DNA from: a virus
Taxonomy: Duplodnaviria; Caudoviricetes
DNA length: 64,000 nt
IMG/VR virus record: IMGVR_UViG_3300023435_000009
Direction: 5' to 3' (one strand)
The position numbers and the translations under genes are program-made. The notes beneath the pieces were generated by a model. The model had not been told where the DNA came from and did not search any database. It saw only the letters and a program-made list of their open reading frames with translations. Below are positions 18,800 to 25,978 of this stretch, in pieces; the first letter of the stretch is position 1; every line of letters begins with the position of its first letter.

Positions 18800-19846
18800 C
18801 TAGTAGATCCTCACACCAATCCTGAATTTCATCGCTCGGAGTGCCGGGTATTTCGGGATACGCTTCCGGCAAGGGGAGATACCCCTGCGGAGGCGTTCCT
18901 TTCGTGCTGCCGCCAAGCTGACATGCATTCGGGATGCCGCTATCCTGTCCGGGACTTTTCCGAGTTCAGCCTTCACCCAGGGATCAGGTTTGACCTTTTT
19001 GACTTTCGCTGGCTTGGGAGTCTTGTAGCTCGGGATCCCTCGTTTCACCCGTTGCAATCTCACAACGTAGGCCCCTACTCCCAGTTGACGGGCGAGAACC
19101 GCATCCTTCATTTGTCCGAGGGGTTGCTTGTCCCAGTAGGTGTTTTGGGGTGCGACATAGTTCGGGATTCCTCGTTTTATTCTCTGCCGCCGGAGACCAC
19201 CGGGGTCAACACCCAGTTGACGGGCGAGGTGTCCGTCTAGCATTTGGCCGAGGGGTTGTTTGTCCCAGTCAATGCCCTTTGACCCTCTGTTGACGCCAGG
19301 GGTGAGAGAGGGTATGCCGAACCTGTGGCGGGCGAGAGTGGCTGCGCTTGGGGCACAACCCATACGGCGAGCGATCTCACAGTCTGATAGGACACCAAAC
19401 AAGGAAACGTCCCAGATGTAGGGCTCATTCGTGGGTGGGATGTTTCGTTCCCGTCTTGCCTTTTTGACGACGTTGGTGGGACAGCCCATCTGTGTGGCGA
19501 TGACCTTGTCCGACTTCCGTCCCAGGGGCACGTCAGTCCAGTCCAGATGCGCCCAAGGGTCAAAGGCAGCGATGCCCCTCTTGAGCCTTTGGCTCCGCAC
19601 GGTGAGGCGGGCGAGTCCTGTTGCACGGGCCAGGGCAGCGTCGGAGCAGAGGCCCAGGAATTGGCCCCAGTAGTTCCAGTTTGTGTCCTTGCGGTCCTTG
19701 TCACCGTATCCTGTGTAGGCTGCGATGCCGAGGGCTGTCCTGTGTTCCCATACGGCGGTGGCTGAGGTGCCGACCATGTGGGCAATCGTGGGGTCAGGAT
19801 AGGTTCCCAGCCATTTGTCCCAGAGGGTCCAGTCAATGGCGTTCAC
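18800..19846 (-). CDS. protein made of seven tandem HTH-like repeats
   Basis: Seven units of the form WxxxxLGxxxDxxLAxxxGxxxxxVxxxRxxxGIP; stop/start overlap with the upstream gene. Confidence 0.75.
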   Translation of the reverse strand: MNAIDWTLWDKWLGTYPDPTIAHMVGTSATAVWEHRTALGIAAYTGYGDKDRKDTNWNYWGQFLGLCSDAALARATGLARLTVRSQRLKRGIAAFDPWAHLDWTDVPLGRKSDKVIATQMGCPTNVVKKARRERNIPPTNEPYIWDVSLFGVLSDCEIARRMGCAPSAATLARHRFGIPSLTPGVNRGSKGIDWDKQPLGQMLDGHLARQLGVDPGGLRRQRIKRGIPNYVAPQNTYWDKQPLGQMKDAVLARQLGVGAYVVRLQRVKRGIPSYKTPKPAKVKKVKPDPWVKAELGKVPDRIAASRMHVSLAAARKERLRRGISPCRKRIPKYPALRAMKFRIGVRIY

Positions 19847-20154
19847 AGGGCACCCCCTGCGGCGGCGTTCCGTCTGGCGGCAGTGGCGAGGAGAGCGGGG
19901 AGCTTCCCCTTGGCGTCCTTGAGGGTGTCGAACCGGCGGTTCATGTAGTGAGGGTAGTGGATGTGTTCCTCATCCTGGAATTGCCATTTGAAGCCACCTT
20001 CGAAGTGGCCTAAGTATCCGGCGCACCAGCGTCCGGCACCCATTTCGTACCCCTTGTAGAGGTAGCCTTGGACGACTCCGTCGACTGCAACCTTGTATAC
20101 GTTGGCTCCGCTTTCCTTGTCTCCGGTCTTCGTGAACGTGACCATCGGGTCCAT
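19843..20154 (-). CDS. hypothetical protein
   Basis: 103 aa; AAGGAG RBS on the minus strand. Confidence 0.7.
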   Translation of the reverse strand: MDPMVTFTKTGDKESGANVYKVAVDGVVQGYLYKGYEMGAGRWCAGYLGHFEGGFKWQFQDEEHIHYPHYMNRRFDTLKDAKGKLPALLATAARRNAAAGGAL

Positions 20155-20194
20155 GGTGGGTCTCCTTTACGGGGTCATTTGCCCCTCACCTTAA

Positions 20195-20220
20195 CTACTC
20201 TGGCCTGTGGTAAGATGATC
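20195..20220 (-). promoter_or_regulatory. GATCATC-N13-GAGTAG motif, copy 2
   Basis: Reverse complement of CTACTC (20195-200) - N13 - GATGATC (20214-20); upstream of gene 20154. Confidence 0.65.
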
Positions 20221-20222
20221 CC

Positions 20223-20654
20223 ATGAAACGAAGAAGACGCAGGAAGTCATCGAAGCCGTTCCCCGCCAAGCTCTTCAGGGAAGCCTACTCTGAGCCGCCC
20301 TGTAAGTTTTGGCATGTCTATGTTATTCAGTCTCTGACGGTCCTGACGAAGAAGGGGGTCGGATACACCTACGTGGGAGCCACAAACAACCCACGTCGCC
20401 GTTTACGCCAGCACAACGGCGACCTTTCCGGTGGTGCCCGGAGTACGTTCAGGGGGCGACCCTGGATACCTCGTGCCTTGTTCGGACCTTATCAGGACAG
20501 AAGGGAGGCTATGCGGGCTGAGTACGCCTTGAAGCATGGGAAGCGTGGAGAGAACCGTTGTCGCTGGGCCTCGACTGATTCGAAATGGTGTAGGGGTGCT
20601 GGTCCGGACCATCCCTGGGTTGCAGATCCCACTGTTGCGGTAGAGCCTCTATAA
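20223..20654 (+). CDS. SLX1-like GIY-YIG structure-specific endonuclease
   Basis: VYVIQS...TYVGATNNPRRRLRQHNG...GGA..T..GRPW...A..AEYALK. Confidence 0.8.
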   Translation: MKRRRRRKSSKPFPAKLFREAYSEPPCKFWHVYVIQSLTVLTKKGVGYTYVGATNNPRRRLRQHNGDLSGGARSTFRGRPWIPRALFGPYQDRREAMRAEYALKHGKRGENRCRWASTDSKWCRGAGPDHPWVADPTVAVEPL

Positions 20655-20696
20655 ACCTCTGAGGATGTGACAGAAGGGTCTAACTGGAGGTTTTCG

Positions 20697-22340
20697 ATGA
20701 GTACCCGAATGGCCACGGAGTTCCCCTCAGAAGAGGCCCTGAAGAAGTACCTTAAGGAACATCCTAAGGCTGACCCGAAAAAGCACTCGGTGGCGGAATC
20801 TGGTGGGGAGTCCGAAAAGAAGGAACCGGAGGGGAAACAGCCCCAGAAGAGATACAGGTACCCTAGTGCCCTGATGAGTAAAGGTAACCTTTATTTCACT
20901 GACGCCGATGAGGTCGAGGCGTTTGCCAAGAAGACTAAATCCCTGTCGGGAGATAAGCAGACAGATGCCCAGGTCATGAAGAAGTTTTTGGCTGGGGCCT
21001 CACCAGGGACTAAAAAGAAAGTGGAGACTATGACTCCTGCTGAGTTCATGGGGCTTGTCAAAGCTCTTTTGGAGAATAAGGGGTTTAAGGATTCCCCCAT
21101 GTATAAGTCCCCGGCAGCGAAGCCTGATGCGAAGGAGCCAAAGAAAAAGGAGCCAAAGAAAAAGGAGCCAAAGAAAAAGGAGCAGACTGCCCCTAGTGGT
21201 TCACTGCCCTCTCCTGAGGCTTTGCGGATGAAGTCGTTCAAAGTTCCAGAGAAGCTTTCGCAGGCAGCCGTAGATAACCCTGTTGATATGCTGAAGTATC
21301 TGAGTAAGAAGGAAGGCAAAGACGATCTTCCCATTTGGGATGTTCCGAAGAAGTTTGCTGACGCTTTCCTTGCCGTTTTAGATGGGGCACCGGACGATGC
21401 TGCTAAGAAGAAAGCGGTCTTTAAGGTGGTGGAAAAGGCCACGCCACTTCAACTTGAATGGATCTGGTCCGAACTAGGATCTTGGAACTACGAGGGTCTG
21501 GCATCGGAACTAGCACATCGTTATGATGTGGGTCGTGATGGGGACTTGGAGCTTGCTGCTGTAGAGTACCTCCGAACATATAACGAAAAGATGCTTAAGA
21601 CTCTGGACCGGGGTTTTCACGCCGGAGACTGGGGGGCAGAAGCTAAAAAGAACCCTCGTTGGTGGAATGACTACGGTATCGAATGGGACATGGGAAAAAA
21701 GAAGAAGGCTATGGCCAACTCAGCAACAAGGATTGCTGCCCGTTACCTCGACATGGTGGCCTGCGATTGCGGTGACGAACTGTTCGCCGGGCGTGAGCAC
21801 GGTGAGGGGGGCAAGGGCTACGGTGAGTCTGGTCCCGATGTCCGAGGTCCCGGTAAGTGGCAACCCAAGCCGAAGGGTAAGTGCTACTACGAGACCGGCG
21901 ACGAGAAGGACCGCTGTTACGTTACGCAACATGGTGGCCCAGGCGGGCAGAAAAAGCCCGGCCCTGCTACGAAGCCTGGCGACTGGAAGACCTACGAGAA
22001 GCAGCGTTGGAAGGGGGCTGCTCTGTCACACCCCGAGGACGAAGAGGGGGCGCTGAAGGCGCTGAAGGTCTTCGCTAAGAAGGCTGAGTTGCCTTTCGCC
22101 ATCCAGGGTATAGAGAACCGGGAGTATCCGGTGAAGAGCCCCAAGGGGTTTGGGTCCCTGTTCGATAAGCTCTACATCAGCGTGGAGTGGTGGCAACCCT
22201 CATGGTGTAAGATTCAGTGGGGCTACACCCACCCCTCTGGTGGTTCCAACGGGTTGAACATTGGATCTGTCGGATGGGATGTTGATAAGGAGAAGTGGTA
22301 CTGGAAGTTGGATACCGGCAAGTACGGTTGGATCAACTAG
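20697..22340 (+). CDS. Lys-rich multi-module protein (putative head-internal protein)
   Basis: GGAGG before ATG 20697; contains ATRIAARYL and EPKKK repeats; function is inference. Confidence 0.7.
   Translation: MSTRMATEFPSEEALKKYLKEHPKADPKKHSVAESGGESEKKEPEGKQPQKRYRYPSALMSKGNLYFTDADEVEAFAKKTKSLSGDKQTDAQVMKKFLAGASPGTKKKVETMTPAEFMGLVKALLENKGFKDSPMYKSPAAKPDAKEPKKKEPKKKEPKKKEQTAPSGSLPSPEALRMKSFKVPEKLSQAAVDNPVDMLKYLSKKEGKDDLPIWDVPKKFADAFLAVLDGAPDDAAKKKAVFKVVEKATPLQLEWIWSELGSWNYEGLASELAHRYDVGRDGDLELAAVEYLRTYNEKMLKTLDRGFHAGDWGAEAKKNPRWWNDYGIEWDMGKKKKAMANSATRIAARYLDMVACDCGDELFAGREHGEGGKGYGESGPDVRGPGKWQPKPKGKCYYETGDEKDRCYVTQHGGPGGQKKPGPATKPGDWKTYEKQRWKGAALSHPEDEEGALKALKVFAKKAELPFAIQGIENREYPVKSPKGFGSLFDKLYISVEWWQPSWCKIQWGYTHPSGGSNGLNIGSVGWDVDKEKWYWKLDTGKYGWIN
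21132..21183 (+). repeat. 15-bp in-frame tandem repeat, about 3.5 copies (KEPKK)
   Basis: AAGGAGCCAAAGAAA repeated perfectly. Confidence 0.9.
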
Positions 22341-22843
22341 GTTCTTTGTGCCTCCAGCACGTCCAGCACCATCCCTAACGCCTCCTCCACGATCTGCTGT
22401 TTGGCCTTTGTCCGAGACAGCTTGGCGTCTACGTACACGAAGCAGGTGATCGCTTTGTTCCCCAGTGCCGCCACACCTATGTAGGCGATTCCCACATCTG
22501 AGCGGGGGTTGGCGGGGTCTTCCCGTGACAGGGTGCCTGTGACACCCACCCCGATGTCAGCCATTTCCGCCCCCATTTCCGCCAAGTCGGCGGCGATTTC
22601 GGGGCTGTAGACACCGTGACTTTGAATGAGTCGGGCGACGTGTCCCTCACGACCCAGGCGGTGATCCAGACGTTCCTTGGCTGCGTTGCCGTAGACCACG
22701 GAACCCTCCCGGAAAACCTCGCTGGCTCCGGGGATATTCGTGATGGCAGATGCCAGCGCTCCGCCTGTACAGGACTCCACTGTGTAGATGTGGACCCCCA
22801 TTTTGTCGAGTTCGGCTACCAGTTTCTCCGCAATGTCAGTCAT
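22337..22843 (-). CDS. pncC: CinA C-terminal domain / PncC-like NMN deamidase
   Basis: VESCTGG, ITNIPGASEVF, VYGNAAK, GVYS, GVTG motifs; AAGGAG RBS. Confidence 0.85.
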   Translation of the reverse strand: MTDIAEKLVAELDKMGVHIYTVESCTGGALASAITNIPGASEVFREGSVVYGNAAKERLDHRLGREGHVARLIQSHGVYSPEIAADLAEMGAEMADIGVGVTGTLSREDPANPRSDVGIAYIGVAALGNKAITCFVYVDAKLSRTKAKQQIVEEALGMVLDVLEAQRT

Positions 22844-22858
22844 GGTAATCTCCTTCCC

Positions 22859-23035
22859 TTACCAGGAGGCAGCGACCTGCATCATCAGGCCCGATCCGAG
22901 GATCGCTTCGCCCCAGAAAACAGGCCAGCCGTTGTTGGCCGCTTTTACCTTGATGCAGTTGTTGTCCCATTCCGGGTAGGACTTGGAACTCGCCATGAGC
23001 GCCTTGACACCTTCCACCGTGGTCAAATCGGACAT
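22859..23035 (-). CDS. 58-aa small protein missing from the ORF track
   Basis: AGGAGGT then 4 nt then ATG; MSDLTTVEGVKALMASSKSYPEWDNNCIKVKAANNGWPVFWGEAILGSGLMMQVAASW-TAA; next RBS follows the stop directly. Confidence 0.75.
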   Translation of the reverse strand: MSDLTTVEGVKALMASSKSYPEWDNNCIKVKAANNGWPVFWGEAILGSGLMMQVAASW

Positions 23036-23055
23036 TGGTCACCTCCTACAAGGGT

Positions 23056-23081
23056 CTACTCCAACAGCGCCGGAGATGATC
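23056..23081 (-). promoter_or_regulatory. GATCATC-N13-GAGTAG motif, copy 3
   Basis: Minus strand reads GATCATC tccggcgctgttg GAGTAG ACC, then RBS and ATG 23035. Confidence 0.7.
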
Positions 23082-23125
23082 CCGTTGGGTTCTCGTTGGG
23101 GTAGACGGGGGTATGCCTGACAGGG

Positions 23126-23151
23126 GATCATCCTACCGATCCGCTGAGTAG
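23126..23151 (+). promoter_or_regulatory. GATCATC-N13-GAGTAG motif, copy 4 (divergent from copy 3)
   Basis: GATCATC ctaccgatccgct GAGTAG, then AGGAGG and ATG 23172. Confidence 0.7.
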
Positions 23152-23171
23152 TTGTGGTGTAGGAGGACAAG

Positions 23172-23363
23172 ATGAGCGACGTCACTTTCAAGCCAGGGGA
23201 CAGCGTGATCGTTGCCCACCCTGTTTCCGCAATGGAGCGGGGTCTTTTGGGTGTGACCTTCACCGTGAAACGGCTGGCCCTGACACCATCCCTCAGAGTT
23301 GTCTGTAAGGACGACTGGGGCTCCTGGCACATCCATCCTGAGGCTTTGGAACATGTCTCGTAG
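23172..23363 (+). CDS. small hypothetical protein (possibly SH3-like)
   Basis: 63 aa; AGGAGG RBS. Confidence 0.7.
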   Translation: MSDVTFKPGDSVIVAHPVSAMERGLLGVTFTVKRLALTPSLRVVCKDDWGSWHIHPEALEHVS

Positions 23364-23790
23364 GGTTGCTAACAGTAGGTCAAAACAGCCTTTTAATGAG
23401 GACACCAGTCGGGAAGGGACTCAAAAGTCCTTGACTTGGTCATCCCTCATTCCTATCGTATTTAGCGTAAAGGTGATAGCCAAGCTCTTCAAACTGTTCT
23501 TTGGGATTTTGGATTTGGTGGTTGGTGAGGAAAGACCTCACCGTAAAATCCAAATCGTTGAAGAACTTAGCAGTCTTAACGATTGTGAATGACCGGGAGT
23601 TCCTCGGTTACAGCCTGCTGTCCTGGAAGCTCTGGCTTGATTCATTTGAATCAAGTGAAACTACTGGTTGGGCAGGAACCTAACTTCAATCAAGGCTTGT
23701 CCTCGATTGAGTCAGTTTAGGAGAACGGACTCTAAGCGACTGACCATCATCCGTGCAGCTTTACAAAGCGGGCGGTAACTCCCGCCGGGT
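23364..23790 (+). ncRNA. candidate large structured non-coding RNA (about 430 nt), family unassigned
   Basis: No RBS-supported ORF; at least eight complementary segment pairs; G-T wobble pairs favour the + strand. Confidence 0.6.
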
Positions 23791-23903
23791 CGGGTCTGCT
23801 ATATCACCATCAGACATAACGCCATAGTCTGACACACCGTGTGACATCCTGTCTGATCCGTTTTGCCGCCTATACGATCACCCTGATGACACTGGAGTCG
23901 CTA

Positions 23904-24125
23904 ATGGATAAGACCACAGGTACCACCCGGATTTACGAGTACATCGCAGATGACGGAACCATCTACTGGTCCTTGAAAAAGAGCGCCCAGATAGTATCAC
24001 CCCCGACCCGCCTTCTCCTCCAGGAGAAGAAGGGGACGATAGTGGGGCAGTTTATTGCCCAACTTCGGATACGTGCCTTGGCGCTACAAAAGCCCAATGG
24101 GAGTGGCAGTACAACGGTACAGTAG
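23904..24125 (+). CDS. hypothetical protein
   Basis: GGAG before ATG 23904; in frame with track ORF 23841. Confidence 0.65.
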   Translation: MDKTTGTTRIYEYIADDGTIYWSLKKSAQIVSPPTRLLLQEKKGTIVGQFIAQLRIRALALQKPNGSGSTTVQ

Positions 24126-24153
24126 CGGAAGGTTTTAACCGGAGGAGCAAGGA

Positions 24154-24546
24154 ATGAAAGACAACGACTTGAAAGTGGTGGATGACAAGGGGACCGAAGA
24201 GGTCACCCCCGAGATTGCAATGGTGGAGACCCTGGAGGATCCTCCTGAGGTGGCCGGGGAGGCCCCGCAGGATCCTGACATCGCTGGTGTGTTGACCCCC
24301 GAGGAGCAGAGTCAGTTGCAGATGCTCCGCCAGAAGGGTGGTCAGCTTACGATGGAGATCGGCCAACTGGAGCTTCGGAAGGCCCGTGTCCTGGGGACCA
24401 TCTCGGACGTCGAGGCCCAGGGGCAGAATCTGCTGAAAGTCGCTGCGAAGCGGATGGGGATCCCTGATGGGCAGCCCTGGCAGGTGCTCCCGGACGGCAG
24501 GGCACGGCTCGTGACGCAAACGCCAGAGGGGATGCCCCAGGGCTAA
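24154..24546 (+). CDS. acidic / coiled-coil hypothetical protein
   Basis: 130 aa; GGAGGAG and AAGGA upstream. Confidence 0.75.
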   Translation: MKDNDLKVVDDKGTEEVTPEIAMVETLEDPPEVAGEAPQDPDIAGVLTPEEQSQLQMLRQKGGQLTMEIGQLELRKARVLGTISDVEAQGQNLLKVAAKRMGIPDGQPWQVLPDGRARLVTQTPEGMPQG

Positions 24547-24556
24547 AGGATGAAGT

Positions 24557-25969
24557 ATGGCTCACGGATGGGATCCAGACCCCACAGCGCAACCAATACC
24601 GCCGCAGAACGGTCAGGTTATTACGCCGTTCGAGCGGGGGGTGTTGGATGTGCGGTGGGACAATCCAGCGCTGCTGGCGGGGAACACCCTGTACACAGTG
24701 ATTGGGGTGAATGTCTATCGGTCTGATGTTTCCGACCGTGGCCCCTACTTCCGAGTCAACGAATACCCCATTGGTGGTGCCTATTTTCGGGACAGGACGG
24801 AGAACGTCTTCATCTCCCGTGAGCCGGTACTGTGGAACCAGTCCTGGTTGTTCAAGGGGAACGCCCCAAACGACCGTCGATGGGTGTTAAAAACTCACAG
24901 CCCTATCGCCAAGAAGATCCCTCAGGGTCCATTCCAAACGGCAACGGCAGCCAACGCCCCTTCGGACGTGACAGTCTATGTGGATGGGGTTGAAGTTCCT
25001 GTTGATGACGTGTTTGGTCCCTCTGGGGAGGTGACTCTCATCAACCAGGCCACCTTCGATTCGTTGACGGAGAAGAACGAGACGGCGATCCTCCCATCTG
25101 AGACTAGCGTCGTGGAAATCTCCTACTGGGTAACCAGGAACCACGTCCGGTCAGGTCTGGATGCCAATCTTTTCTATCGATTGACGACGGTGGTTTTGGA
25201 TGCCACCACGCCCAGCGGATACAAGGAGACGGCCCTTTCCTATTGTCCAGCGCTGACCCTCAACGATGTAGAGACCATGGACTACATCTGGCGGGAAGCC
25301 GTCAGGCGGAATCACTGGATTCTGCAACAGGGTGGGGAGCGGGTGAAACTGTTTATCCGGCGACAGTCTGGTGTGCCCTGTTCTTGTGAGTTGGACGACC
25401 GCATGAGGGAATACTCGAAGCAGCCCTCCAACCGTTGCACAATCTGCTACGGGACAGGTTTCATCGGGGGTTATGAAGGACCATACTCGATCATCATCGT
25501 CCCTGATGATGCGGAACGACGGATCTCCCAACTGGCTCAGGGGCGACGTAAAGAACACACCTACGAGATCTGGACGGGACCGTCTCCCGTCGTGACCCAG
25601 CGGGACTTTATAGCCAAGCAGACTAACGAGCGTTATTCTGTGGGTCCGGTACGTCGGCCCTCTAACAGGGGTAACAGGCTCCAACAACATTTCAACATCG
25701 CCTACTTCGATGAGCAGGACATTCGGTACTCTGTGCCTATTGATGGGACAGCATCCTTCCCGTGGCCCGAGACCCGTTATGGTCAACTCTCTTACCCGCC
25801 GATGCCAGTGGACGGCGAGTTGAAGCCTCCGCAGTGGGCACAGCCTGATATACCCCCGTACCCTGAGGGAGAGAGTGCCCAGATCCCGATGGAAACGGAG
25901 AAGGATAGTACCCCGAACGAGAAGGAACAGCGAGGCCGCACTCCGGTCTGGGAAAACACTTCGTACTAA
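24557..25969 (+). CDS. putative neck / head-closure protein with Cys-rich motif
   Basis: PCSC...RCTICYGTGFIGGY followed by a beta-rich domain; position before tail genes; function is inference. Confidence 0.55.
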   Translation: MAHGWDPDPTAQPIPPQNGQVITPFERGVLDVRWDNPALLAGNTLYTVIGVNVYRSDVSDRGPYFRVNEYPIGGAYFRDRTENVFISREPVLWNQSWLFKGNAPNDRRWVLKTHSPIAKKIPQGPFQTATAANAPSDVTVYVDGVEVPVDDVFGPSGEVTLINQATFDSLTEKNETAILPSETSVVEISYWVTRNHVRSGLDANLFYRLTTVVLDATTPSGYKETALSYCPALTLNDVETMDYIWREAVRRNHWILQQGGERVKLFIRRQSGVPCSCELDDRMREYSKQPSNRCTICYGTGFIGGYEGPYSIIIVPDDAERRISQLAQGRRKEHTYEIWTGPSPVVTQRDFIAKQTNERYSVGPVRRPSNRGNRLQQHFNIAYFDEQDIRYSVPIDGTASFPWPETRYGQLSYPPMPVDGELKPPQWAQPDIPPYPEGESAQIPMETEKDSTPNEKEQRGRTPVWENTSY

Positions 25970-25978
25970 GAGGAGCCC

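Noticed and set aside
22836-23042. 68-aa minus-strand track ORF
   Set aside because: Its start lies inside the AGGAGGT RBS; the 58-aa ORF at 22859..23035 fits the RBS and spacing much better.
23521-23545. RNase P CR-I-like GAGGAAAG
   Set aside because: It is followed by ACC rather than TCC and forms a local hairpin; the other RNase P conserved regions are absent.
23299-23683. Track ORFs 23299..23592 and 23501..23683 as real genes
   Set aside because: They have no RBS, overlap each other and gene 23172, and have atypical composition; structured RNA explains the region better.
23761-23810. tmRNA/tRNA-like 3' end (GCGGG...AACTCCCGCC...CACCA)
   Set aside because: There is no TTCRA T-loop, the distance to CCA is wrong, and no GGGG..GATTCGAC-like 5' end is present.
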